NCBI RefSeq assembly: GCF_009914755.1 | Contig: NC_060928.1 | DNA from: the human T2T-CHM13v2.0 reference genome, Homo sapiens | DNA: 64,000 nucleotides | Direction: 5' to 3' (one strand) | In this document: one piece after another, positions 13,447 through 27,030 of the stretch | Layout of the letters: every line of letters starts with the position of its first letter | Position numbering within the stretch: the stretch's first letter is position 1 | The notes under the pieces: model-generated | The model's input: the letters and a program-made list of their open reading frames with translations, nothing else | The model's database searches: none | Told to the model about the DNA's origin: nothing | Made by a program: the position numbers and the translations under genes

Positions 13447-14460
13447 TTATAAAGATGTATGCATTTTAAAGAATAAAAAGAAACATCTAGTTACTTGACA
13501 CCAACTTAAGAAGTAGATCATTAGAAAAACATTTGAAGTTCCATATGTTCTCCCGCAAAATTTCATCCTATTTCCCACCTCTGTCCCAGAGGACATCATA
13601 TCTAGACTTGCTATTCTTTCTTCTTTCTTTTTTTTCTGTTTTTCTTTTCTTTTTTTTTTTTTATTTATGATGGGTTCTTGCTGTTGTCCAGGCTGGAGTG
13701 CAGTGGTGATCATAGCTCACTGCAGCCTGGAACTCTAGGGCTCAAGGGATCCTCCCTGATAGTTAGGACTACAGGTGCACAGCACTGCACCTGGCTAATT
13801 TTTTAATTTTTTTGTAGAGACAACATCTGGCTACTTTTCCCAGACTGGTCTTAAACTCATGGGCTCAAGCAATCCTCCCGCCTCAGCCTCCCAAACTGCT
13901 GGGATTATAGGCATGAGCCACCATGTTTGCCCCCTAGACTTGCTATTCTTTTGATATTTTTGCCGCATATATTTGTGTTCTTTATTAGCCTTGCTTCGTT
14001 TTGTCTACTTTTGACCTTTATATGATGGAAATTGTAAAGTATATAGTCTACGGGAAATATTTTTAAATTTTTCTCTCTTATATTGTTAAGTTCATTATGA
14101 TCATTCATTTTTGCTGCACTGTATTATTCATTGATTAAATATAAAACAATTTATATATCCCATGTTCTATTGATGGCCTTTGCACTGTTTTAAGTTTTGG
14201 CTTGTTTTAAATGCTTTTTTATATGTTTCTGTTTTAGTGTCTATGTGTCATAGTTTCTCAAGGGTATTCAAGTTAGTGCTTTAATAAGATATACTGCTAG
14301 GAGTAGAATTGTTGGTTATACATTGTATGTATTTTCACCTTTCACAAATAATACCATATTGTTTTCCACAGTGATTGTACAAATATTCATCGTTAACACT
14401 ATTGCATAAACGTTCCAGCTGGTTCCATCTTCATTAATACTTGATGTTATAATATTTTAA
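13447..14460 (-). mobile_element. Old L1 (L1ME-like) 3' region, interrupted by AluJ
   Basis: Antisense L1M motifs (ctaggagtagaattgttgg, ccatattgttttccacagtgattgtac). Confidence 0.65.
13620..13932 (-). mobile_element. AluJ
   Basis: catagctcactgcagcc, gggctcaagcaatcctccc; 18-bp TSD ctagacttgctattcttt (13602-13619, 13933-13950). Confidence 0.95.
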
Positions 14461-14579
14461 GTAAAACACATTTCCTTTTAAGATATTGAGTCAGTTCTGA
14501 GAAATTAAAAAACAAACTAAAATATCAGCTTTTTACTCCTAGAAAGGTAGTAAAAAGCCAATTAACAGAAAAATTGCTA

Positions 14580-15475
14580 TATTCCTAGGTATTTTATTCT
14601 CTTTGTAGCAATTGTGAATGGGGGTTTATTCATGATTTGGCTCTCTGCTTGTCTGTTGTTGGTTTATAGGAATGCTTGCGATTTTTACACGTTGATTTTG
14701 TATCCTGAAATGCAAATAAAAACCACAATGAGATACCATCTCACCCAAGTCAGAATGGCCATTATTAAAAAGTCAAGAAACAACAGATGCTGGCGAGGCT
14801 GCAGAGAGATAGGAACGCTTTTACACTGTTGGTGGGAATGTAAATTAGTTCAGCCATTGTGGATGACGGTGTGGCAATTTCTCAAGGACCTAGAAATAGA
14901 AATACCATTTGACCCAGCAATCTTATTACTGGGTATATACCCAAAGTAATATAAATCATTCTATTATAAAGAAACATCATCTGTATGTTCACTGCAGCAC
15001 TATTCACAATAGCAAAGACATGGAATCAACCCAAATGCCCATCAATGATAGACTGAATAAAGACAATGTGGCACATATACACCATGGAACACTATACAGC
15101 CATAAAAAGAAACGAGTTTGTGTTGTTTGCAGGGACATGGATGGATCTGGAAGCCATTATCCTTAGCAAACTAACACAGGAACAGAAAACCAAACACCGC
15201 ATGTTCTCTCTCATAAGTGGGAGCTGAACAACGAGAACATGTGGACACAAGGAGGGGAACAGCACACACTAGGGCCTGTCGGGAGTGGGAGGTGGGGGGA
15301 GCCAGAACATCAGGAAAAATAGGTAATGCATGCTGGGCTTAATACTCAGGTGATGGGTCGGCAGGTGCAGCAAACCACCATGGCATATGTTTACCTATGT
15401 AACGAACCTGCACATCCTACACATGTACCCCATAACTTAAAATAAAAAATAAAAATTAAAAAAATTTTTAAAAAA
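14580..15475 (+). mobile_element. 5'-inverted truncated L1PA13-15-like element
   Basis: 14580-14710 antisense ORF2 (SGYKINV...KRIKYLGI); from 14707 sense ORF2 C-terminus ([12 protein letters not shown]...CWRGC...EIPFDPAI), 3'UTR and A tail. Confidence 0.9.
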
Positions 15476-15476
15476 T

Positions 15477-16653
15477 CTTACTATCCAAAGTACATAAGAA
15501 ACTCGAACATCTCAATAGCAAGAAAACAAAAAAAACCCAGTTTAAAAAATGGGCAGAGAACCTGAACAAACATCGCTTAAAAGAATGAGGGTTTGGATTA
15601 ACATACTACTTATATTAGGGGGTGAAAGTGGATGGGTAAGAAATAGGTATCCTGCTCACCAGGATTTGCAAGTGCAAATCTTCTTTTAAGAAGTGTTAAT
15701 GTTTAAAAAATGCTCAGCATCACTAGTCATCAAATAAAAATAAAAATCACAATGAACTATTACCTTACACTTGTTAGGATGGTTATTATCAAAGGGACAA
15801 AAGATGATAAATGTTAGCTAGGATTTGGAGGTAAGGGAACCCTTGTACACTGTTGATGGGAATGTAAACTGATGCAACCATTATAGAAAACAATATAAAT
15901 ATTACTCAAAAAATTAAAAATAGAATTACTACATAATCTATAAATTCTACTTCTGGGTACATATCTACAGGGAATGAAATCAGTATCTTAAAAAGACATC
16001 TGCACTGACATGTCCATTGCAGCATTGTTTACAATAGCCACGATATGGAGTTAACTTAAGTATCCATTGATGGATGAATAAATAAAGAAAATGTGGTGTA
16101 TATCTGTACAATGAAATGTTATTTAGCTTTTAAAAAGTAAGGTAATTCTGTCTTTGGGGACATCATGAATGAACCTGGAAGACCCACTAAGCAAAACAAG
16201 CCAGGCCCAGAAAGACAAACACTGCATGATCTAACTTACATGTAGAATTTTAAAAAGTCAAACTCATAGAAGCAGAGAGTAGGATGGTGGTTGTCAGGGG
16301 TTGGGGAGTGGGATAAATGGAGAGACGTTGGTCAGTGTTACAAAGTATCATTTGCGCAGGATGAATACATTCTGAATATCTAATGTACAGCATGGCAACT
16401 CTAGTTAATAATACATACTGTATACCTGAAATTTTCTAGGAAAATAGAGCTTAAATGTTCTCACCCACAAACCATAACAAATGATGGCTATGTTAATTAG
16501 GTTGATTATGATAATTATTTCACAAGGGGTATGTGTGTATGTGTATATATATATATAATATATATATATACATAAATGCCATGTTATACCACTTAAATAT
16601 ATACAATTTATTTGTCAATTATATCTCAAGAAGGCTGGAAAAACATGACCCCT
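15477..16653 (+). mobile_element. L1MA9-like 3' fragment
   Basis: ORF2 3' end plus L1MA 3'UTR (taatgtacagcatgg...tcaattatatctcaagaaggctggaaaaa). Confidence 0.85.
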
Positions 16654-17911
16654 CAAAAAAGAAACATTCTGTCTGTACATCACAGAGGAGCATGTCAAGA
16701 TTTTCAAGTTGGAGTTTTATCACAAATTGAAATCTTAGGAAATTTTTAAATAAAATTCTGTAGAAGCTAAGCAAATATTATACAGTGTGCATTCTTCACT
16801 ATATGTTATGTACTATATACTCTTTACTGTGTGCTCTATACAGTATGATATGTTCTATATTATACATAATATGCAGTGTTTATTAGAATGATCCACTGGC
16901 ATTTTAATACACCCAGTATTGGAATGGTCTTCCCTGCATACACGGGTGAACTGATTTTCATATGAACAAGAGAAACATTCCAGATTTGCAATTCCACATT
17001 TTTTCCTTCTTAGTCATTTGCAACATGTACGTATTAATTCATGCTAATTTCTTTTGAAATGACAAAAATATAAATTTGAGAATTTTTCTACATCTAAAAA
17101 TGAAAAGAAACTAGGAAAAGCAGTGTGAAAGAAAGAAAATATATTTATATGTTCATAAATATTTTATTATCTTCCATTTATATTTCGACGTACTTTTCAA
17201 TTTGTAATTAGAAGAAGGCAAGAGGGAAGATAAGGTTCATGACTATTTGTATTTCATTTGAATTTGTGTGTATTTGTTCATCCATGAATAGGAGCCCTTG
17301 ACTTCTCTGATCTTAAGTTTTCCTTTCTGTCTTTACTGGTTTTAAAAGGGTCTATGAACCTGCTGTTAAAATCACAGTAAAGAAAGGGGATACAGCTTTA
17401 CAAGATTCTGCAAATTCTTAGAAACCAGCATGACAATTGCAGCTAAGTGTAGGATTATTATAATCAGTGCTATACTGTATGTAACTCATAAATGTCCCCA
17501 TCTGGATAGAAGTTCACATAATAAAGCATTGAAAAACCTTGTCAAAAGCACCAAAGAATACTAACCACTGAGTAGTAAGTAAGTAAATTTGTGAGGTTTC
17601 CCTATGTATATGCATGCCTTTCTCAGCTCACTTCAAATAGATACTTTTATGTAATACTTATAAGAACTATATGAAGTATTGGTTTTCTACTGGTTTTGAA
17701 CAAGAAACAAAATGTACCTTTTTTATAAACTCATTTTGTTTTTAGACTCTAAGAAAGGCACTACACGATGATATCTTCCCATAGTACAAAGAGGTAGCAC
17801 AACATCTTTAAAGCAGAATTTATGGCTGGATTTGAAACCTCTTCAGGTCCTTCAAAAAGATAATATGGTTGAACAGAAAAGAATTGCTAATATCTCCACT
17901 CTACAGCAAGA

Positions 17912-17997
17912 AAGATAGCTAAATAGATGGAGAGATATATAGATAGAAAGATAGCCAGACAGATTAGATAGATGATAGATAATAGACAGATAATAGC
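17912..17997 (+). repeat. Degenerate (GATA)n
   Basis: agatagaaagatagccagacagattagatagatgatagataatagacagata. Confidence 0.7.
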
Positions 17998-19361
17998 ATA
18001 TGTACATATAATACTTGCATGTTTGATACGCAGTAATGACATCATTATTGTAGTCTTCACATCAGAAATAGAAACAATTCAATTCAACAATAATTGTAAG
18101 ACCTAAGATCTTTGATGAAATGCTAAACACGAATATAGAGAGATTCAGAGGGTTAGAAGTTTTAACTTTGTAATTCATAGCAATTCCCAAACTTTTCTCA
18201 AACTGTAGAAGAATGACAAGTTTTTTGTTTCTTTTTTTTTTTTTTTTAAACTATTTTAAGGTCTGGACTTAACCTCCCACTCATAAAATGTTATCCATCA
18301 AAATAACAAATACATGATTAAATATAATGATCAATGGTTGGCTATATTTGATTATTTATTTTGGACAGGTGACATAGCCAGTAATGTATCAGACCTTCAT
18401 CAGAAGGAAAATAATTTATAGCACCCTTGGTTACATATAATTTCAGATACTTAGTCTAATGACTTTTTCAGAAATTAGAACAAGATAACTTTTATTCAAT
18501 TCACACTCCTGTGTTATTCTGAAGATAGCACATTTTCATATTGATATATTGTGAAAATCATCTACTGGCACAATCATGAAATAATCATTTGCTTTTATTC
18601 AACTAAAAATTTCCCTTTTAAAAATATTCATTATCCTAGAAAAATCAATTGACATTTGACAGAGGCTTATTTACAAAAATTTAACTCAGTAGCAATGTAA
18701 TTTAGAAGCTGGCCACTGGGCGTACCTAGTAATAAATCAAATCCATGTTTTATTCAAACTCAGACAAAAACATTACATTTAAATAACAATATTGTAATAA
18801 CATGACAAAGACCAAGGTGTCCAATGTTAAAGCTACTATTCATTTTTACCTCGATTCAATTAGAGAAGTAAAAGAATAGAACATTTTGAGTTTTGTACAG
18901 ATTTAGAACTAAAAAGAAATGTAGGTTATATTAGAGACCTTTTTAAACTGGCTTTTTGGTACATATTTTTAGAGTAGGCCTAAAGTGGGCCAGATTTTTT
19001 CCGAGATGTAAAATATATCTTCACTGAGTCTTACACTAGTAGCTTCACTTTTTCCAATAGGAAAATTTCTTAATAACTCTGAAAGAAGTAATTTTATTTT
19101 GAAGAAGACCAACTTACGTTAGATATTTTAAATCACAGTTATAAAAGTTAGAAATTCAAATCACAACAGCAAATCAAAATGTTGCACATTTCTTTATTCT
19201 TTTAGTCTTTTTTTTTTTTTAATTTTTTGGGGTGGGTCCAGGGTCCAGGGTTTTTCTTCAATAGTTTTTTGGGGAACAGGTGGTGTTTTGTTACATGGTG
19301 AGTTCCCTAGAGGTGATTTGTGAGATTTTGGTGCACCCATCACCCTAGCAGTATATACTGA

Positions 19362-19682
<321 letters not shown>

Positions 19683-19930
19683 CCCAGTGTATAGTCTTTT
19701 ATCCCTCACCCCCTTCTCACCCTTTGCCCCAAGGACCCAAAGTCCCTAGTATCATTCTTATGCCTTCTGCTTCCTCATAGCTTAGATCTCACTTACGAGT
19801 GAGACACGTGATATTTGATTTTCCATTCCTGAGTTAACTTCACTTAAAATAATAGTCTCCAATTCCACCAGGGTTGCTGCAACTATCATTATTTCATTCC
19901 TTTTTATGGCTAAATAGTATTCCCATGGTG

Positions 19931-19933
<3 letters not shown>

Positions 19934-19970
<37 letters not shown>

Positions 19971-19995
19971 ATATATATATATTCCATATATATGT

Positions 19996-20029
<34 letters not shown>

Positions 20030-20040
20030 ACATATATATG
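19934..20040. repeat. (CA)n followed by a (TA)n-centred perfect palindrome
   Basis: About 18 CA units; 19985-20040 equals its own reverse complement. Confidence 0.95.
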
Positions 20041-20839
20041 CCACAATTTCTTTATCCACTCATTGATTGATGGGCATTTGGGCCGGTTCCATATTTTTGC
20101 AAGTGTGAATTGTGCTGCAGTATCTTTTTTGTATAATGACTTCTTTTCCTCTGGGTAGATATCCCAAATAGTGAGACTGCTGGATGAAATGGTAGTTCTG
20201 CTTTTAGTTCTTTAAGGAATCTTCACACTGTTTTTCATAGAGGTTGTACTAATTTACATTCCCACCAGCAGCATAGAAGTGTTCCCTTTTCAGCACATCC
20301 ACACCAGCATCTAGGTTTTTTTTATTTTTTAATTATGGCCATTCTTGCAGGAGTAAAGTGGTATCACATTGCGGTTTTGATTTGTATTTCCCTGATTATT
20401 AGTGACGTTGAGCATTATTTCATATGTTTGTTGGCCATTTGTATATCTTCTTTTGAGAATTGTCTATTCATGTCCTTATACCAGTTTTTTGATGGGGCTG
20501 TTTGTTTCTTTCTTGCTAATTTATTTGAGTTCCTTATAGATTCTGGATATTAGTCTTTTGTCAGATGTATAGATTGTGAAGACTTTCTCCTGCTCTGTGG
20601 GTTGTCTATTTACTCTGCTAATTGTTTCATTTGCTGTGCAGAAACTTTGCTGAATTCATTTATCAGTTCTAGGAGCTTTTTGAAGGAGTCTTTAGGGTTT
20701 TCTAGGTATACGATCATATCATCAGCAAACAGCGAGAGTTTGAATTCCTCTTTACTGATTTGGATGTTCTTTATTTCTTTCTCTTGTCTGATTGCTCTGG
20801 CTAGGACTTCCAGTACTATGCTGAATAAAAGTGATGAGG

Positions 20840-21173
<334 letters not shown>

Positions 21174-24100
21174 TCAGAGGAAATGCTTTTAACTTTTCCC
21201 CATTCAGTATTATATTGTCTGTGGGTTTGTCATAGATGGCTTTTATTACATTAAGGTATGTCCCTTCTATGAAGATTTACTGAGGGTTTTAATCATAAAG
21301 AGACCCTTGGTTTTGTCAAATGTTTTTTCTGCATCTATTGAGATGATCATATGATTTTTGTTTTTAATTCTGTTTATCTGTTGTATCACATTTATTGACC
21401 TGCATCTGTTAAACCATCCCTGCATCCCTGGTATGAAACCCACTTGATCATGGTGGATTATCTGTTTGATATGCTATTGGATTGTTTAGCTAGTATTTTG
21501 TTTAGGATTTTTGCATCTATGTTAATCAGGAATATTGGTTTGTAATTTCTTTTTTTGTTATGGTATTAGGGTGATGTTATTAGGGTGATGTTGGCTTTTA
21601 TCCCTATCTTGTGGAATAGTGTCAACAGGATTGGTACCAATTCTTCCTCGAATGTCTGATAGAATTCAGCTGTGAATCCATCTGGTCCTGGCTTTTTTTT
21701 TTTTTTCTTGACAATTTTTTAATATCCATTTCAATCTCGCTGCTTGTTATTGGTCTGTTCAGGGTTTTTAATTCCTCCTAATGTAAGCTAGGAGAGTTGT
21801 ATATTTCCAGAAATGTATACATCTCTTCTACATTTTCTAGTTTATGTGCATAAAGGTGTTCATAGGACCGTTGAGTGATCTTTTGTATTTCTGTGGTGTC
21901 AGTTGTAAAACCTCCTGTTTTGTTTCTAGTTGAGCTTATTTGGATCTTCTTTCTTCTTTTCTTGGTTAATCTCACCAATGTTCTATCAATTTTGTTTACC
22001 TTTTCGAAGAACTAGCTTTTTGTTTCATTTATTTTTTGTATTTTTTTGGTTTCAGTTTCATTTATTTCTGCTCTAATCTTGGTTATTTCTTTTCTTCTGC
22101 TGGGTTTAGATTTGCTTTGCTCTTATTTCTCTAGTTCCTTGAGATGCAACCTTAGATTGTCTATTTGTGCTCTTTCAGACTTTTTGATGTAGGCATCTAA
22201 GGCTATGAACCTTCCTCTTAGTATAGAGGTTTTGATGGTTTGTGTCCCTATTATTGTTCAGTTAAAGGAATTTTTAAATTTCCATCTTGATTTCATTGTT
22301 GGCCCAATGATCATTCGGAAGCAAGTTATTTAATTTCCATGTATTTTCATGGTTTTGTAGGTTCCTTTTGGAGTTGATTTTCAATTTTATTCTACTGTGG
22401 TCAAAGAGAGTACATGATATAATTTCAATTTTCTTAAATGTACTGAGACTTGTTTTATGACCTATCATATAGTTTATCTTAGAGATAGTTCTATGCACTG
22501 ATGAATAGAATGTATATTCTGCGGTTGTTGGATAGATGTTCTGTAAATATCTGTTAAGTTCATTTGTTCTAGGGTATAGTTTAAATCCATTGTCTCTTCA
22601 TTGACTTTCTGTCTTGATGACCTGTCTAGTGTTGTCAGTGGAGTATTGAGGGCCCCCATTATTATTACGTAGCTATCTGTTTTATTTCTTATGTCTAGTA
22701 GTAATCGTTTCATAAATTTGGTGCATATATATTTAGAATTGTAATACTTTACTGTTGGACAAGGTCTTTTATTATTATATAATGTCTCTCTTTGTCTTTT
22801 TTAACTGCTGTTCCTTTAAATTTTGTTTTGTCTGATGTAAGAATAGCTACTCCTGCTCGCATTTGGTGTCTATTTGCATGGAATATATTTTTCCATCCCT
22901 TTAAGTTTATGTGAGTCCTTAGGTGTTAGATGAGTCAAATGAAGGCAGCAGATACTTAGTTGGTAAATTCTTATCCATTCTGCCATTCTGTAGTTTTTAG
23001 GTGGAGCATTTAGGCCATTTACATTCAGCATTAGTATTGAGATGTAGGGTACAATTCTATTATTCTACATGCATCGTGTTATTTGTTGCCTGAATACCTT
23101 GCTTTTTTTTAATGTATTGTGTTGTTGTTTTATAGGTCTTATGAGATTTATGTGTTAAGAAAGTTCTGTTTTGATGTATTTCAAGGATTTGTTTCAAGAT
23201 TTAGGGCCCTTAAATCAGCAATTTTAGCAGTTCTTGTAGTGCTGGCTTGGTAGTGGCATATTCTCTCAGCATTTGTTTATCTGAGAAAGACTATTATTTC
23301 TTCATTTATGCAGCTAAGTTTTGCTGAATACAAAATTCTTGGCTGATAATTGTTCTGTTTAAGGAGGCTGAAGATAGGGCCCAATTCCTTCTAGCTTGTA
23401 GGGTTTCTGCTGAGAAATCTGCTGTTGATCTGATAGGTTTTCCTTTATAGGTTACCTTGTGCTTTTGCCTCACAGCTCTTCATATTCCTTCTTTCATCTT
23501 GACTTTAGATAACTGATGACTATGTGCCTAGGCAATGATCATTTTGGGATGAATTTCCCAGGTGTTCTTTGAGTTTCTTGTATTTGGATGTCTAGATCTC
23601 AAGCAAGGCCAGGGAACATTTTCCTTGATTATTCCCCCAAATATGTTTTCCAAATTTTATATTTCTCTTCTTACTCAGGAACACCAATTATTCTTAGGTT
23701 TGGTCACTTAGCACAATCACAAACTTCTTGGCAGGTTTGTTCATTTTTTAAAAAATCATTTTTTCTTTGTCTTTGTTGGATTGGGTTAATTTGAAAACCT
23801 TGTCTTCGAGCTCTGAAGTTCTTTCTTCTGCTTGTTTGATTCTATTGCTGAGATTTTCCAGTGCATTTTGCATTTCTCTAAGTGTGTCCTTGATTTCCAG
23901 AAGTTGTGACTGTTTTTTATTTATGCTACCTATTTCACTGATGATTTCTCCCCCTTCATATCTTGCATCACTTTTTTATTTCATTAACTTGGACCTCACC
24001 TTTCTCTGGTACCTCCTTGATTAGCTTAATAATTGGCCTTCTGTATTCTTTTTCTGGCAAATCAGGGATTTCTTCTTGGTTTGGATCTGCTGCTTGTGAG

Positions 24101-25774
24101 CTAGTGTGATTTTTCAAGGGTGTTAAATAACCTTGTTTTGTCATATTACCAGAATTGTTTTTCTGGTTCCTTCTTATTCAGTTAGGCTATGACAGAGGGA
24201 AGTTCTGGGGCTCAATGGCTGTTGTTCAGATTCTTTTGTCCCACGCGGTGCTTCCTTGATGTAGTACTCTCCTCCTTTCCTAGGGATGTGGCTTACTGAG
24301 AGCGAAACTGTGGTGATTATTATTTCTCTTCTGGATCTAGCCACCCAGCAGGGCTACTGGGTTCCGGTCTCATACTGGTGGGGTGGGGGCGGGGTGGGGG
24401 ATAGGGATGTCTGCACAGAGTCCCGTGATGTGAACTGTCTTCAGGTCTCTCAGCCATGGATACCAGCACCTGCTCTGGTGGAGGTGGCAGGGGAGTGAAA
24501 TGGACTCTGTAAGGATCGTTAGTTGTATTATTATTATTTATTGCACTTAGTTTTGTGCTGGTTGGCCTCCTGCCAGGAGGTGGCACTTTCAAGAGAGCAT
24601 CAGCTGTGGTATTTTAGGGAGGATCAGGTGGTATGTGAAGCCCTAGAACTCCCAAGATAATATAACCTTTGTCTTTACCTACCAGAGTGGGTAGAGAAAG
24701 AACATTAAGTGAGGGCAGGGTTAAGCGTGTCTGAGCTCAGATTCTCTTTGGGCAGGGCTTTCTGTGGCCTCTGTGGGGAATGAGGATATGATTCCCAGGT
24801 CAATAGAGTTATGTTCCCAGGAGAATTACGGCTACCTCTGCTGTATCCTGCAGGTTGCCAGGAAAGCCAGCAGTTACAGGCCTCACCCAGCTCCCATGCA
24901 ACCCAAAAGGCCGGTCTCACTCCCACTGTGCCCCCACCGACAACACCAAGTTTGTTTCCAGGCAGTGGGCAAGCAGGGCTGAGAACTTGCCCCATGTTAC
25001 CAGCCTCCTGGCTGAGAAAGTAAGCAGGACTTTCAAGTTTTGCACCTGCCCACCTGCCCATGTCTGCACTCTGCATTCACCCCCTCCCCTGAGTTCTGTC
25101 CAGGAAATGTCTCATTTTGTTGGAATTGTTACAGAGTTCAGCTGGAGGTTTCCTTCTCCCCATGGTCTTTTCCCAGTTCCTCTGGAAGCCCTCCCCGAGG
25201 ACCCCTGTGAGACAAAGTTGGGAATGGTTTCCCTGGGGACAAAGTGAGCCCACAAGGCTCTTCCTGCTACTTCCTCTACTCCTGTATTTTGCTCACCTTT
25301 CCAAATTATCTCAACTCCAGGTAAGGTCAAGTCCTTCTCCCATGATCTGGACCTGCAGGTTTCCCCAGTGAGGGTGTGTGTTCAGGGGCAGACAATCCCT
25401 CTTTCTTAGTTTCACCCTTTGGGCACTCACAGAATTTGAGTTGTCTCCAGGTCCTGCATGAGCTATCCACCTCCTTCAAAGGGTCTGTGGATTCTATTGG
25501 CTTTCCTGGTATGTTCCTGCAGTAGTTCTTAGAGCAAAAGTTCAGGATGTGAGTCTCCACACATTGCTCTGTCCATCAATTTAGTCCTCCCTCCTATCTG
25601 CTATTTTCTTCAATCCTCGCATTTCCCTTTATTCTGATGGCCAACTAGAGAAAGCCACTGAGGGTGGCCAACTAGAGAAAGCATAAAGATTATTACACTA
25701 AATTTTTTATTTAAAAAATTCAACTGTACTAAAAATCCTCATTTGAATGGACTAATGAGATCAAAGGAATAGTA

Positions 25775-25940
25775 AAAAGATGAAGATAAAAATAGATGCA
25801 CAGTACTTGGATTCTGGTCTCAATTTTCCCACTGACCAGTTACAGAATTTTGGAAAGGTCACTTCAAGTATTATACTTCCTCCCTTAAATGAAAGAGTGA
25901 GGATCTAAGGACCTTTCAAGCTCTAAAATTTTATGAATTT
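25775..25940 (+). mobile_element. MIR3/MIR fragment
   Basis: ggattctggtctc...ggatctaaggacctttcaagctctaaaattttatga. Confidence 0.55.
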
Positions 25941-26407
25941 ATATTTTTAAAAGCAGCAAGTATATGTAAATTGGGGCTGTCTCTTGATCTGAATTTTTCC
26001 TACTTGCCTGTCATGCAAAGGTATGGTTAAGAACAATAAAAACAAGGGAACTTTGAAATTTAATATCATGTTGCCCTTCATAGGTAAATAGCCTCAGTCT
26101 TACTCATAGGAATATATATGTCTAACCTTTATACAGTGAAAGTTTTTGCTTATTTTCCTACCTCTTCTTTTCTCTTCATTTGTCAACCTTAGAGAGAAAT
26201 TCAGGTATGACAGAACACAGGAAATGATTTGGCTTATGAGAGCAAACCTCTATGACTTTTGACTTTATTGGTAAATGAGCTTGCCTCTATGCTTCCCTAA
26301 GGACAAGGGGAATGCATATCTATGTTCAAAAGCTAATCAGTTTTTATGTATGTATGTATTTATTTATTTATTTATTTTTGCATTTCAGAGTATTTCTCTT
26401 ATGTCTG

Positions 26408-27030
26408 TTTTCTTTTTTTTAAATTATACTTTAAGTTCTAGGGTACATGTGCACAAAGTGCAGGTTTGTTACATATCTATACATGTGCCATGTTGGTGCG
26501 CTGCACACATTAACTCGTCATTTACATTAGGTATACCTCCTAATGCTATCCCTCCCCCTCCCCCCACCCCACAACAGGCCCCGGTGTGTGATGTTCCCCA
26601 CCCTGTGTCCAAATGTTCTTGTCGTTCAATTCCCACCTATGAGTGAGAACGTGCGGTGTTTGGTTTTCTGTCCTTGTGATAGTTTGCTCAGAATGATAGT
26701 TTCCAACTTCATCCATGTCCCTACACGGGACATGAACTCATCCTTTTTTATGGCTGCATAGTATTCCATGGTGTATACGTGCCACATTTTCATTATCCAG
26801 TCTATCATTGATGGACATTTGGGCTGGTTCCAAGTCTTTGCTATTGTGAATAGTGCTGCAATAAACATATGTGTGCATGTGTCTTTATAGCAGCATGATT
26901 TATAATCCTTTGGGTATATACCCAGTAATGGGATGGCTGGGTCAAATGGTATTTCTACCTCTAGATCCTTGAGGAATTGCCTCATTGTCTTCCACAATGG
27001 TTGAACTAGTTTACAGTCCCACCAACAGTA
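26408..27030 (-). mobile_element. 5'-truncated L1PA4/5-like element
   Basis: Low-divergence ORF2 C-terminus (EIPFDPAIPLLGIYPKDYKSCCYKDTCT...FSLIGGN) and L1PA 3'UTR. Confidence 0.95.

Noticed and set aside
15586-15662. Possible NUMT origin of the insert in L1MA
   Set aside because: Only vague resemblance to mtDNA; cannot be supported without a search
17746-17793. Plus-strand acceptor ttttgtttttag with a weak donor
   Set aside because: Stops in all three frames; poor donor (gtagca)
24380-24406. G-run cluster (G4 motif)
   Set aside because: Lies in a naturally G-rich part of the antisense L1PB 5' region; unremarkable
26626-26997. 123-aa ORF with clear protein homology
   Set aside because: L1 ORF2p C-terminus from a 5'-truncated copy, not a host gene
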